Below are positions 45,615 to 56,473 of a stretch of 64,000 nucleotides of DNA, in pieces. The number at the start of each line of letters is the position of its first letter. Within the stretch, counting starts at the first letter, position 1. The notes under the pieces are model-generated. The model ran no database searches. It was not told where the DNA came from and saw only the letters and a program-made list of their open reading frames with translations. Origin of the DNA: Candidatus Poseidoniaceae archaeon (GTDB taxonomy: Archaea; Thermoplasmatota; Poseidoniia; Poseidoniales; Poseidoniaceae); the NCBI GenBank assembly GCA_949373075.1, contig CASIBX010000002.1:1019-65018 (forward strand), written 5' to 3'. The translations under genes were made by a program, and so were the position numbers.

Positions 45615-45874
45615 ATTGCCACTCTCTGCTTGCGCCGACCTGCCTCTTACTGATAACCATTTCATCAGTTCGATTTCGCAGCCCGAATACAACACTAGCC
45701 AAACTAAACGGGGTATTAAAGGGATGTTTATCCCAATAACGACTGTTATTAGTTCCCCTTGGTAAATAACATCCCGGCTCGATTCCTAGAACCTCGAAAT
45801 TCAAAGGAATTCAGGCCGCTAAGGATAAGGCACTTGAAGGGGGGTCCCTTTCATTCACATCCCCGGGTGTATAC

Positions 45875-48800
45875 ATGAAGCGCGTCTCCCCCATTTTGAT
45901 TATGCTATTATTGCTGGGTTCGTGCATCCCAATAGGTATTGTTTCTGCTTCAGGAGAATCATCAACCATATCGACATTTACTGGCGGTTTTGCATCTAAA
46001 GCCGTTAGCTTGCAAGGTGGCGTGACCGATAGTAATTCAACGATAGAAATACCTCGCAATGTCACATTCAATGCTGCAAGTTTCGATGTAGAAATCGACC
46101 AAAGCGATGCAAGTCCAGGGCAGGTTTGGATAGATCTGAATGAAGATGGAGTTTTTGAATGGGAATTTACAGGGACTGGTTATGGAAACATCGGGCATCA
46201 AAACCAATTCTATGATGGCAACGATTGGGCTTCATTTACCGGCAATGCAGGAACAACCTCTACTCCCGGAATTTTACTACCTTCAAGTTCATCATTGCAA
46301 TCTTCAAATCTGAATATTAGTTTTTCTCCTAGAGCAAGTGGAGGATTTTATTCGATTGGAGAGTTCCAAGAAGTGACAGAATCAGATATCGACGGTGACG
46401 GATTGCCAGAACCTATCTTTTTGTCAGCAATTAACTCAACAAACTCAACATCTTTCCAATGGGCAGACTGGGCCGCTAATGGCGGAATCACGATTTCAAA
46501 TTCAGTTTCAACATGTGATAATGCAACCTCTTTAGCGACCGGAGATGTAAATGGCGATGGAGTTGAAGACGTGGTGACTTTCTCCACTATTGCTAACCAA
46601 GCATGTGTTCATATCATGAATTCAACAGGATTTGATCCAGTTCTCAATGTTAGCATGTCTGATGGGTTATTAGATGGCAAATTGGGAGACGTAAATCATG
46701 ATGGAAGCGATGACATTGTGACAATTCATTCACAGGGAGTTCTGTCTTTGAGGACGTGGGACAATGTGTCCGGAGGCCTAACTACTGCAATTACTGAGAC
46801 AATAAGCCCTAACGGTTCTCAAGGAATGCCTGCAACTTTAGTTTCTGTCCATGTCGAAGATTTCTCCGCAAACGGTTCTGTTTCTGTATTGGTCAAGGAC
46901 CTAATGGGCCACTGGACCAATTGGAATATTACTAGCAATTATTGGGCGGGTCCATTAACAGCTTTCGATAATATCCAACAAAATGAAATCATTGTAGATT
47001 TGGATGGCGACGGCGACTTAGACTTAATCGGTTTGAACGACCAAGGATTTGCTTTGTTGGTAAACAATGGCACACAATGGAATGCCACAACAACCCAAGG
47101 GCAAATCGATATGATAAATTCAACCATAGCTGACTTTGATAATGACGGTGTGTTAGATTTACTTACTCCAAACCCTGGTTTTTCCGATGGCACACCTTCT
47201 ACTTTGGAAGGTAATATCACTTATCGTTCAATCAATGAATCTAGCGCAGGAAGCCAGTCAGTGGCAGTCTTAGAGCCTTGGTCAATTCCAACCTCAATCA
47301 TTGCTATGGATATGGATGGGGACGGCGTCATCGAACAGATTGTCTCTGCTGGGGAAGGTACCATGGGTGTATTCATCAGCGGTTGGCACAATGTCGAATT
47401 AGACGCTGATGGTGATGGAAACGTAGAGATGAGCCGCATTGGATATGCTGGCGATTCATCTAATGGTTTAGGCCCACTAACGCTATTTGATGATGCTGAT
47501 GGGCTGAGGGACGACATAGTCCCTATCTTTGGCTCCATGCCATTTACTACCGATGCTTATGGGATATCGATGATAAACTATTCAATGGATATAGAAAGCA
47601 CAGGAGTTGGTGAATTTAATCTAACGAATCTAGACTTTGGTTACGATTGTACTTTCTTTGTAGAAGGAAATCCTCACGCCTCTGCGAATCTAACCAATGT
47701 AATCAATCAAGGTATGACTGGTGGTGTAGGAACTTATTCGTTGGCGATTCCAGTAAATTCTTCTAGTCCTGGTCAAATTACGTTGACGAATGTTATTGCC
47801 ATCCACGTCCCAGGAGCGCCTAACTTGGCGCTGCCTACTACTCCAACATTGAGTTTGGTATCTACCTCTTCAGAGGAAATAGAATTGATTTGGAATGATT
47901 TAATCGACTTCGGCTCTGATTTAATCAGGTTCGAAGTTTACCGTTTGGAATCAGCAAATGAAACAATCTCAATATCCGATGTATACTCTGAGTCCATGAT
48001 TAACGTTGCAATTGATGACAACATTACAGTAGGGGCTACATATTGGTATGCTGTTCGCTCAGTTCACATCTATGGGGTAACCTCAAACCTATCCAATCTC
48101 GTACAAGTTACAGTTCCTTATCCAGCGCCACCGGGGCTTGTAAACGGGGTAATTCTCTCGGATGTCGATGCAGATAGTGGGGGGGTATTGTCGGTATCTT
48201 GGAATCACACAACAGAAACAGCTGATCATTACGAAGTCTATCTTGAAACAAGTGATTTCAGTACCATAATCGGCCTAACCTCTACTGCAACCGTTACTCT
48301 ATCTCAGAATTCAACAATCATTACCGATTTGACCGACGGGCAAGCGTATTGGGCCACAGTAGTAGCTGTTGACCAGTATGGAAATACAACCAATGCAGTG
48401 ACTGCAGTGGGTCCTGCTTATCCTCGTAATGATATTCCCGAAGCGGTGAACCTGCAAATTAATGTGAGTTCTGAAATCTCTCTTGGCTCTCCGTTCTTAC
48501 TCGAAATCTCTGCTCTTGTTGACCAATTGCCTACAACGCCTACAGGCACTGTTTTGATCACTATGGACACCAATACTGGCGCTCACTTAATCGGAACAAG
48601 TTGGGATTCAATAGACCTAATTGATTTTGCAGAACTCGGAGCCTTCACTTCCGATATTCATGGCGAAGTGACCTTCTGGGCCAATTACAGCGGCCATGTT
48701 GGAGATGTTCAAAATCAACCGATAGCGTCTGCTTCTTCATCGGTAACATCCACGGTTACGATAGGTGCAATATTCGCTGCAGAGTTATCAATATACGAAT

Positions 48801-49996
48801 TAGATTGGGATGGTGAAACAGATGTTAGAGTAAATCTTACAGCAATAAACCCGGGCCAATCTTCACTTCTCGAAGGTGCTACAATAATTTGGACCGCGTA
48901 TAATAGTACAACTAATTCGACCTCGACAGATACTGCGCAAATCGGTAATGGCTTCAGCCAATTCTTGGTTAATTTCCCTGATGGAGGAACATTATTTGTC
49001 AACTTGAGTGAACCATCTTGGGTCGATGTGGAAAGTAATAGTATCGAAATTTCATTAGTAACATATGGCAGTATTATTGAGGAGAATGAGACTGAAGGGA
49101 ATGAAACTAATGAAACAAATTGGTCCCCTGAAGTTATGGAAGATTTGGTAGTAGATTGTGGCGATGTAGTAATCGACCCTGCCGAAGACCAAGAGGTCGA
49201 TTGTACCATTACAAACCCCAATAATTACACGATAGATGTATCATTGGAAGCAGATGGTTGGTCCAATTGGCCAGCATACATCGAGTTCAATCCTTCACCA
49301 GGCCAGAGTGAATTTAGTTTAGAACAGTTCGCAAGCGTCTCAATTGAAATTAGAGTTGACATAATTCAGAATTTATCAGAGGCTGGATTAACAAATGGTA
49401 AATTAGAAATTGATTTACGGCAGGGGCCTAGTGATTATATGACTCCTGGCGATAAGCCTTTGACCATTGAAGTTCAATGGACTTTGAAGGGTCAAGATAT
49501 AGTTGTAGAGCCGGAACCTGAAGAAAACAATACTGGAAAAACTTCTACTAAACCAGAAGATACTTCTGGCAATGCAATGCTATACATTGGCGGAATTAGC
49601 GCTATTGCAGTAATCGGATTAATTGTGTTCATAGTCTTAAGGATTAGAAATAACGATCTCGATGATTGGGGCGAAGAAGATTTAGATTTGGAACCAGAAT
49701 TAGATAGTGACCGAATGTCTAAACCATTACCAGTTGGCGTAGCGCTTGATGAATTTGAAGACAAGACTATCTCTGATGAAACTCCGGACAAACCGGATTT
49801 CATAAATGACTTTGATACCGAAGATGAATACATCGAAGAGTTCGAAGAAGACCTAGAAGTAGAAAACGAAGAAGTTACAGAAGAAGAATCGGGTATTACA
49901 GTTGATGAACAAGGTACTGAATGGTATGAAGACGAAGTCGGCGTTTGGTGGTTCCGAGACGAAGGCCAAGAAGATTGGTCAGAATTCGTTGAGTAA
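45875..49996 (+). CDS. large surface protein with FG-GAP repeats, two FN3 domains, TM and acidic Trp-rich tail
   Basis: Signal peptide; GDVNGDGVEDV, DLDGDGDLDL, ADFDNDGVLDL; TYWYAVRSV, AYWATVVAVDQYGN; TM; DEQGTEWYEDEVGVWWFR. Confidence 0.87.
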   Translation: MKRVSPILIMLLLLGSCIPIGIVSASGESSTISTFTGGFASKAVSLQGGVTDSNSTIEIPRNVTFNAASFDVEIDQSDASPGQVWIDLNEDGVFEWEFTGTGYGNIGHQNQFYDGNDWASFTGNAGTTSTPGILLPSSSSLQSSNLNISFSPRASGGFYSIGEFQEVTESDIDGDGLPEPIFLSAINSTNSTSFQWADWAANGGITISNSVSTCDNATSLATGDVNGDGVEDVVTFSTIANQACVHIMNSTGFDPVLNVSMSDGLLDGKLGDVNHDGSDDIVTIHSQGVLSLRTWDNVSGGLTTAITETISPNGSQGMPATLVSVHVEDFSANGSVSVLVKDLMGHWTNWNITSNYWAGPLTAFDNIQQNEIIVDLDGDGDLDLIGLNDQGFALLVNNGTQWNATTTQGQIDMINSTIADFDNDGVLDLLTPNPGFSDGTPSTLEGNITYRSINESSAGSQSVAVLEPWSIPTSIIAMDMDGDGVIEQIVSAGEGTMGVFISGWHNVELDADGDGNVEMSRIGYAGDSSNGLGPLTLFDDADGLRDDIVPIFGSMPFTTDAYGISMINYSMDIESTGVGEFNLTNLDFGYDCTFFVEGNPHASANLTNVINQGMTGGVGTYSLAIPVNSSSPGQITLTNVIAIHVPGAPNLALPTTPTLSLVSTSSEEIELIWNDLIDFGSDLIRFEVYRLESANETISISDVYSESMINVAIDDNITVGATYWYAVRSVHIYGVTSNLSNLVQVTVPYPAPPGLVNGVILSDVDADSGGVLSVSWNHTTETADHYEVYLETSDFSTIIGLTSTATVTLSQNSTIITDLTDGQAYWATVVAVDQYGNTTNAVTAVGPAYPRNDIPEAVNLQINVSSEISLGSPFLLEISALVDQLPTTPTGTVLITMDTNTGAHLIGTSWDSIDLIDFAELGAFTSDIHGEVTFWANYSGHVGDVQNQPIASASSSVTSTVTIGAIFAAELSIYELDWDGETDVRVNLTAINPGQSSLLEGATIIWTAYNSTTNSTSTDTAQIGNGFSQFLVNFPDGGTLFVNLSEPSWVDVESNSIEISLVTYGSIIEENETEGNETNETNWSPEVMEDLVVDCGDVVIDPAEDQEVDCTITNPNNYTIDVSLEADGWSNWPAYIEFNPSPGQSEFSLEQFASVSIEIRVDIIQNLSEAGLTNGKLEIDLRQGPSDYMTPGDKPLTIEVQWTLKGQDIVVEPEPEENNTGKTSTKPEDTSGNAMLYIGGISAIAVIGLIVFIVLRIRNNDLDDWGEEDLDLEPELDSDRMSKPLPVGVALDEFEDKTISDETPDKPDFINDFDTEDEYIEEFEEDLEVENEEVTEEESGITVDEQGTEWYEDEVGVWWFRDEGQEDWSEFVE

Positions 49997-50037
49997 TTTT
50001 CGTAATACCTTTGAATGAGGGGCGCAGAGGATTTCAC

Positions 50038-50781
50038 ATGGCAGACCAAGCATCGTATGACCTTGTATTGCACAAGGACGCCAACCCTAGTACTGGCGGA
50101 GTCGCGATATGCGGCTTTTCAACAGTTGGAATGGTTGGAGTAATCGCTGCCTCTCATGTAATAAGCCAACTTAAATTGAGTCAATTAGGAACCGTTCTTA
50201 ACCCGGAATTTCCCGCTATGGCATTGATTCACCATGAGGTTCCAAAACACCCAGTTCGAGTCTATCAAGGCAAGGGCGTGGGTGTTTTTACTGCTGAGGT
50301 GAGATTTGGTCCTGAACGTGACGTTCTATTTGCCAACACTGTATTGGGCTGGTTTACCAAAGGCGGATTTGACCAATTGATTGTTATCGATGGTGTTGCT
50401 CGAGAAAACCTTGACGACAGAGAAGACTCACTTTACGGAGTAAGTTCATCCAAAGTTGGAAGGGACCGATTAAAGAAAGCAGGAATAGAGCCAGTTAGAC
50501 AAGGAGTCGTCGCTGGAATTGCAGGGTACTTGATTGCTGAAGGGGACCGCTTAGGCCTTGATATAACTGCAATTTTAGCAGATTGTAATCCAATGTATCC
50601 GGATGCCAGAGCTGCAGCATTAGCAGTTGAAACCGTTAGCGATTTAACCGGAATCGACATTCCTCTTTCCTCTTTATTGGAAGATGCTAGAAGAATCGAG
50701 GACAGCGTTAGAGAAGTATTCGAAAACTCTCAAACAATGTTACCTGCGCCAGATGATGAATTAGATCCTTCATTCGGCTGA
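50038..50781 (+). CDS. proteasome assembly chaperone (PAC2) family protein, second paralog
   Basis: GFSTVGMVGVIAASH, HPVRVY, GVVAGIAGYL, YPDARAAA, LLEDARRIE. Confidence 0.88.
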   Translation: MADQASYDLVLHKDANPSTGGVAICGFSTVGMVGVIAASHVISQLKLSQLGTVLNPEFPAMALIHHEVPKHPVRVYQGKGVGVFTAEVRFGPERDVLFANTVLGWFTKGGFDQLIVIDGVARENLDDREDSLYGVSSSKVGRDRLKKAGIEPVRQGVVAGIAGYLIAEGDRLGLDITAILADCNPMYPDARAAALAVETVSDLTGIDIPLSSLLEDARRIEDSVREVFENSQTMLPAPDDELDPSFG

Positions 50782-52056
50782 CTTTGCAATTTTGAGAACC
50801 GTATCCCAGTCTGCATCGGTTGCGAACATCGCTTCAGGCATGTGGCATCTAGCCATACGATACCCTGCATCTTCAAGCCCCGACTTCATCTTCTTCATCG
50901 AAGGAATTTGTCCCACTCCAGCAGCAACACCTAGGCTGTCAACTGCAACCAACAAGTGTTCTCCTGAAAGTAATTCAGCCGATTGTGAGATGTACCTAAC
51001 AGACCTTTCAATTTCTCTTTGCGAATGTTCGATATCAATATCGTTCCATTCTTCAGGTAAATCCTCAGGCCTTCCTGCACACAACTCTATCGCCCTCTCA
51101 ACGGTCATCCTACCTGCAATTTCACTATCACAGAGAGGCCCAGTCCACATCGGTCCAGAGTAATCTCTTTCGGGCTGTTTAGCGAAATGATACGGTTCTG
51201 ACCTGATTCGGTAGCCGATATTATCCTGCCAATCAGTCGCTTCTTCTTTCGAACGCTTAAGAAGAACAGTAACGCGAACATGGTGGCCATCAAACAGAGA
51301 AAGAATTGGGTGAACCGATTTGTCATGCATTGCAGCAATACGTGCAATTGTTCCAAGTAGAATTCTAGTAGCGTCATCATGCATGTAATAATCCGTTATT
51401 CCTACAGAGCCATATCTTCGCAAAGCACTCGTTTTCGCAGAGCCACATAATGCTGCGGTATCGGTTGCAGTAACTTCGAGAACCCCAACTCTAGAAATCG
51501 ATTGAATCGCTGAATCTAGAAAATTAACCGGTGAACCAAATGGGTCCAAGTCAATCCATTGGTAAGGCGCTTGTACCATCAATCGGATCGCATCACCTTC
51601 TATCCAATGTATTCCATCCTCTACAACGCCCTCCTGTTCACGAGCGAATCTACTTGGTTCTGGAGTCCATTCTAATTTGTCACCTACTGGGTGAACACGA
51701 TGCGACTCTTTCGCCCATTGTAATGCTTCAGAGTCCAAATCATTAGCAGTGATTCTCAATCTGTCTTGGAATGGAATTTCCTTTCTCCATCTTCTTGGGC
51801 GGACTCCTGTTGCGCAAAGAGCATCTAGGGCACGGATGGTTTTTCCTTCTGGAACCAACCAATTATTTTCTATTGCATCTGCTAAAAGCATCACTGAACG
51901 TGTTCTAGCGGGCGCCATGGCAGGATTTAGGAAACCTTCTCCTGTCTTTGCAGCGGGGCCTCTTGGCATATGTGAAGGTCTAGTTTGATGACTACGAAGG
52001 TGGACAGAAGTTCTTCCTTCTAACCAGATATGACCTGGCCAGTCTTTTGGTTCCAT
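50770..52056 (-). CDS. trm1: tRNA (guanine26-N2)-dimethyltransferase
   Basis: FLNPAM...R, DALCATGVR..R, ANDL, IDLDPFGSP..FLDSA, VTATDTAALCG, GPMWTGPL. Confidence 0.9.
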   Translation of the reverse strand: MEPKDWPGHIWLEGRTSVHLRSHQTRPSHMPRGPAAKTGEGFLNPAMAPARTRSVMLLADAIENNWLVPEGKTIRALDALCATGVRPRRWRKEIPFQDRLRITANDLDSEALQWAKESHRVHPVGDKLEWTPEPSRFAREQEGVVEDGIHWIEGDAIRLMVQAPYQWIDLDPFGSPVNFLDSAIQSISRVGVLEVTATDTAALCGSAKTSALRRYGSVGITDYYMHDDATRILLGTIARIAAMHDKSVHPILSLFDGHHVRVTVLLKRSKEEATDWQDNIGYRIRSEPYHFAKQPERDYSGPMWTGPLCDSEIAGRMTVERAIELCAGRPEDLPEEWNDIDIEHSQREIERSVRYISQSAELLSGEHLLVAVDSLGVAAGVGQIPSMKKMKSGLEDAGYRMARCHMPEAMFATDADWDTVLKIAKSAE

Positions 52057-52065
52057 ATTTAGACC

Positions 52066-53160
52066 TCAATAATGTTCGAAAACAACGTCAGGATTAGAGT
52101 GAGTTACCTTATGTCCATTATCGACTACTTTTCCAATAATTGCACACCCTTCCATTCTTTGTGTTAACCATGAACATACTTCATCAGCAACACTCGAATC
52201 AACTGCGATAATCATTCCACATCCCATGTTGAATGTTCTGTGCATTTCTCTATCTGTGACATTTCCTTCTTGTTGAATCCAATTAAATTCAGGAAGTATG
52301 GGTAGAGGTGAATCGATATGCCAACCCAAGGAGCCGTGTAGGCGTAGAAGATTGGAAAGCCCACCGCCTGTGACATGGCATATCCCATGAATCAAACTTG
52401 AATCACAAGGGCCATCTTGAATCAAATCTACCACTGGGTCACAATATATCCGGGTTGGATTTAGGAATACTTCACCCAAAGTAATACTGCCTTCAGCGAA
52501 TCTTTCAATTCTACTTTCATCGACATCGAATGGAGCAGCATCTTCCCATGAAGCGCCACAATGCGAAACAACATTTCTCACAAGAGAATAGCCATTTGAG
52601 TGAACTCCAGAAGCAGGCATACCAATCAGGATATCGCCATTCTTGAGGTTTGCACCAGTAATCTCGCTACCTTTTGCTAACCATCCAAGGGCAGTCCCTG
52701 ACAGGTCAAGTTCAGTAACAATTCCTGGAAGGCTTGCGGTTTCTCCTCCGGCGAGAGTAACTCTTGCTCGTCGGCATGCTTCAGCTAAACTCGCTCCAAG
52801 CGCAGCATGAACCTCTGGGTCGGGCTTTGGAACAGCGATGTAATCTACAAATGCTATCGGTTCAGCACCAACGCACAGCAAATCATTGACATTCATTGCC
52901 ATACAATCTATGCCAACACCGGCCCATTGATTCAGTTTAGTGGCAATTGATAATTTGGAGCCAACTCCGTCTGTTGCCAGAGCGAGGTAATTATCTCCAA
53001 ACTCTACAAGTCCACCGAATCCTCCCGGCAAATCCACTGGTGCGCCAGGTGTTCCCGGTTTCCTTACCGAACGGGATAATGCGCCTACTAGGGCGCCTAC
53101 GGCATTACCTTCAAGGTCGATGTCGACACCACTGCCGGCGTAATCTAGACCTTCTGCCAT
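52066..53160 (-). CDS. purM: phosphoribosylformylglycinamidine cyclo-ligase
   Basis: YAGSGVDID, TDGVGSK, GIDCMAMNVNDL, GGETASLP, SGVHSNGYSLVR, HVTGGG, TFNMGCG. Start 53160 or 53190. Confidence 0.96.
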   Translation of the reverse strand: MAEGLDYAGSGVDIDLEGNAVGALVGALSRSVRKPGTPGAPVDLPGGFGGLVEFGDNYLALATDGVGSKLSIATKLNQWAGVGIDCMAMNVNDLLCVGAEPIAFVDYIAVPKPDPEVHAALGASLAEACRRARVTLAGGETASLPGIVTELDLSGTALGWLAKGSEITGANLKNGDILIGMPASGVHSNGYSLVRNVVSHCGASWEDAAPFDVDESRIERFAEGSITLGEVFLNPTRIYCDPVVDLIQDGPCDSSLIHGICHVTGGGLSNLLRLHGSLGWHIDSPLPILPEFNWIQQEGNVTDREMHRTFNMGCGMIIAVDSSVADEVCSWLTQRMEGCAIIGKVVDNGHKVTHSNPDVVFEHY

Positions 53161-53186
53161 ATCTCTTGCCACCCGCGCCACTCTCA

Positions 53187-54194
53187 TCATGATGTCGATT
53201 GAATCTTAGATGCAATCCAAGGCAGCGAAAGGTCTAGTCTGTGGTCGATTCCACTATGTGTCCCAGGGAATTCTTCCCACTCATGCTCAATATCTAATTC
53301 TAACATTCTAGAATGCAGTTGGCGTAATCCATATTGGATATTGTATTGGTCAGAATCTCCCACATCAATCCAGCAAGCAGGTAATTCTCGATATTTTTCG
53401 ATCATGTTTAGTGGGTCCCAAGATTTCCAATCAGCCCATTTATCATCGTCAAAAATACAATTTGCATTTACAGGTAGGGTTCCGTCGCTATATGTTGCAG
53501 CCATTGCTAGAACCATCAATGTGTGAAAATCATCACCTTTCAGTGATGGAGTATTCTTGACATATTGTAGAAATTCTTCAACGCCTCCATGATGGCCAAT
53601 TTGAGTTAGGGTACTACCCATCTCAATACCAAATAAGACTTCGAAACCACAATCTCCCGAATGGCAAGCCACCGCATCCCAGCAATCATCCATCATGCCT
53701 CTAACCAATGCTCCATATCCTCCGCTAGACTTTCCGACAAGTCCGAAACCACTTACATCATATCTTGAGTTAATGGCTTCTCGTAGGTCTTTACTTAGCC
53801 ATTCTCCCCAGTTTCCTATAATTTTAGAATCGATGAATTGGTTACCTCCAAGAGAAGTGAAGGTATCTGGCATAACTAGTATCGAAGGCGGCATTAGGCC
53901 ATCTCTGACCAGACGTTCATGCCTCTGAGGTAAGGTTTCACTAAACGCTCTCCAATTTGCTCTAGCAAAACCTGTCCCAGTGAACGGTGCGAGATATATT
54001 ATGCAAGGCAAAGGGCCCTCTCCGTTAGGAGGTATGTGGACCATTACTTCTCGTTCAATCGGGTCTCCAAGTTCATTTTCTAAATTAGAAGAAGAAAATG
54101 CGAATCTTTCTAAAATTCCTCTGATGGGTTCAAAAGAGTGGGCCGGCATGAACCTGCGATGGGCTTCATAGAGATGTGCTTGGCGGTGTTCCAA
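53187..54194 (-). CDS. alpha/beta hydrolase, putative esterase (enterochelin esterase-like)
   Basis: GKSSGGYGA nucleophile elbow, DVGDSD, EFPGTH. Start uncertain. Confidence 0.85.
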   Translation of the reverse strand: MEHRQAHLYEAHRRFMPAHSFEPIRGILERFAFSSSNLENELGDPIEREVMVHIPPNGEGPLPCIIYLAPFTGTGFARANWRAFSETLPQRHERLVRDGLMPPSILVMPDTFTSLGGNQFIDSKIIGNWGEWLSKDLREAINSRYDVSGFGLVGKSSGGYGALVRGMMDDCWDAVACHSGDCGFEVLFGIEMGSTLTQIGHHGGVEEFLQYVKNTPSLKGDDFHTLMVLAMAATYSDGTLPVNANCIFDDDKWADWKSWDPLNMIEKYRELPACWIDVGDSDQYNIQYGLRQLHSRMLELDIEHEWEEFPGTHSGIDHRLDLSLPWIASKIQSTS

Positions 54195-54318
54195 TGGAAG
54201 CCACTGGAGGTCGTGTAATGCGTTTAGTTTCCAGTGGAAATGATGGGGAAGAAAAATCTCTACTCAATCATTATAGGGGGTCGACAACGGCTCTAGATGT
54301 CCAGTCGGGGGAATTATT

Positions 54319-56433
54319 ATGACAATCCAAGAATTTGATTTGCCCGCAAGATGGCGTTCACTTTTGCTAGATAATTACAGTGAAGCAATTCACAATCTGG
54401 AAGTTTCATGGCCAGATGTTCAATCCCTTGAAGTCTCATACAGAGATATTGAAGCATTCGATCCTGATTTCGCTCTTTCAATCGTAGAGGAGCCAGAAAA
54501 CAATACTCAAGCAGCTAATCAGGCCTTAGGACTTCTACTCTCGGAACTAGGCTCACCTAGAATCGTAGCCTTTGTCCGAATTATCGAATTACCTTCTGAT
54601 GCTCATCGTACAGTTCGACAATTACGTAGTGAAGATTTAGGCTTGATGATATCTGTTGATGCCATTGCTACAAAGATTGGAAGAGTTCTTCCAAGAACAT
54701 ATGAGGGTTCATTTGTTTGTGTAGCGTGTGGCCATTCTACTAGGGTGAGTCAACCTAACGAGCAAGAACTAATCGAACCGATAGAGTGTTTCGAAGTTGA
54801 TGGGGGATGCGGTAGACGCAAAGGTCAAACTCGCTTCGTCCAAAGAGTCGAAGAATCAATTTTAATCGATACACAATTTATCGAGTTACAGGAGCCTCCT
54901 GAGAATCTACGTGGAGGTGTTCAACCAGAAAGGATACTATGTATTGCAGAGCATGATATAGCAGGCCAACTCAATCCTGGAGACCGAGTGACTGCTAATG
55001 GAATGTTATTCGTTCGTTCTCAGAGAAAGTCCGGAAAAGACACTCCTATTTTTGATATTTTCATGAGAATCCATAGCATTCAAAGAGAAAGTATTCCTCT
55101 TGAAGAGATTCAGATTTCCGATGAAGAAGAGCGTGAAATCAAGGAACTTTCTCGTCGTGACGACATCCATAAACTGTTGACTAATTCAATCGCTCCTTCC
55201 ATCTTTGGGATGGATAAACAGAAAGAGACACTAATGCTCCAACTATTTGGTGGAGTCGCATCAAAAGCGAAAGATGGAACTCGTCTTAGAGGCGACATTC
55301 ACATCTTACTGATGGGGGACCCGGGAGTTGCAAAATCACAATTACTATCCTACATGTCTCAAATTTCTCCACGTGGACGATTCACATCCGGACAGTCGGC
55401 TTCCGCAGCAGGATTGACTGCAGCAGCGGTTCAAGATTCAGCAGCAGACGGTCGCTGGACTCTTGAAGCGGGAGCGCTTGCTCTGGCCGACCTTGGTCTT
55501 GCTGCAATTGACGAATTCGATAAAATGAATGAAAACGATAGGTCTTCTATGCACGAAGCAATGGAGCAACAAAGAATTTCAATTTCAAAAGCAGGAATTA
55601 ATGCAACGCTATCCACGCGGTGTGCAATATTAGCTGCTGCTAACCCCAAAGCAGGTCGCTTCCAATCAGTATCTGAGATTCCGTTTACTCAGCAAATAAA
55701 TCTCAAACCAGCGTTAATTTCTCGGTTTGATGTAATTTGGTTGCTAACAGACCAACCGGAAGCCGACCACGATACAATGATCGCCAACCACATCATGACC
55801 AATCGTGCCAATTCAACGCCTGAGATTTTGATTGACCAAGGCAGTGCTGTAGATCCATCTAAATCTTCAGCCAATGATGGCTTAGATGAAGATAAAGGAA
55901 TCGTAAATCGTGAATTGATTAGGAAATATGTTGCCTTTGCTAAGAGAACAATCCATCCAATACTATCTTCGGATGCTCAAAACCTATTGCGAGAATATTA
56001 TGTTGAAACAAGGAGAAAGGGCGGCGAATCACATGATTCAATAGCCATTTCAGCAAGGGCAATAGAAGGTCTTTATCGCCTTGCTCAAGCATCAGCTAGA
56101 GTAAGACTTTCCGATGAAGCAACAATAGAAGATGCAGAGCGCTCAATTCGTCTAACAAAAACCTGGCGTCATGAATTGATGGGAGAAAATTTCGACGAAA
56201 CAACTCTTCAGTCAGGAAAGAAGGCAACAGCCCGAAATCGAGAAAGAATCGTCCTTGAAATCGTTCGAAGAATCCACGCCGAAACAGGCGATGTTGCCTC
56301 TCTAAATGATGTCTTAACTGAAGCAGGACGTAGTGACATCAGCAGAGATGTTGCTGAAGATCTAATCGATGTCTTATGCCGGGATGGAAGGTTGATGCGC
56401 CCCGGTGGTTATGAGACTCTACAGCCTGTATGA
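54319..56433 (+). CDS. mcm: MCM replicative helicase
   Basis: Zn finger, GDPGVAKSQLL, IDEFDKM, EAMEQQ.ISISKAGI, SRFD, C-terminal wHTH; no intein. Confidence 0.97.
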   Translation: MTIQEFDLPARWRSLLLDNYSEAIHNLEVSWPDVQSLEVSYRDIEAFDPDFALSIVEEPENNTQAANQALGLLLSELGSPRIVAFVRIIELPSDAHRTVRQLRSEDLGLMISVDAIATKIGRVLPRTYEGSFVCVACGHSTRVSQPNEQELIEPIECFEVDGGCGRRKGQTRFVQRVEESILIDTQFIELQEPPENLRGGVQPERILCIAEHDIAGQLNPGDRVTANGMLFVRSQRKSGKDTPIFDIFMRIHSIQRESIPLEEIQISDEEEREIKELSRRDDIHKLLTNSIAPSIFGMDKQKETLMLQLFGGVASKAKDGTRLRGDIHILLMGDPGVAKSQLLSYMSQISPRGRFTSGQSASAAGLTAAAVQDSAADGRWTLEAGALALADLGLAAIDEFDKMNENDRSSMHEAMEQQRISISKAGINATLSTRCAILAAANPKAGRFQSVSEIPFTQQINLKPALISRFDVIWLLTDQPEADHDTMIANHIMTNRANSTPEILIDQGSAVDPSKSSANDGLDEDKGIVNRELIRKYVAFAKRTIHPILSSDAQNLLREYYVETRRKGGESHDSIAISARAIEGLYRLAQASARVRLSDEATIEDAERSIRLTKTWRHELMGENFDETTLQSGKKATARNRERIVLEIVRRIHAETGDVASLNDVLTEAGRSDISRDVAEDLIDVLCRDGRLMRPGGYETLQPV

Positions 56434-56473
56434 TACGATGCGCTCATATTCAGGTGTCAGCACAGGTGGTAAT

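Noticed and set aside
37601-50781. Two PAC2 paralogs as a novelty
   Set aside because: Two PAC2-family chaperones per genome is common in archaea.
54195-54318. Replication origin next to mcm
   Set aside because: Short intergenic region; no cdc6/orc1 gene or repeated ORB elements seen.
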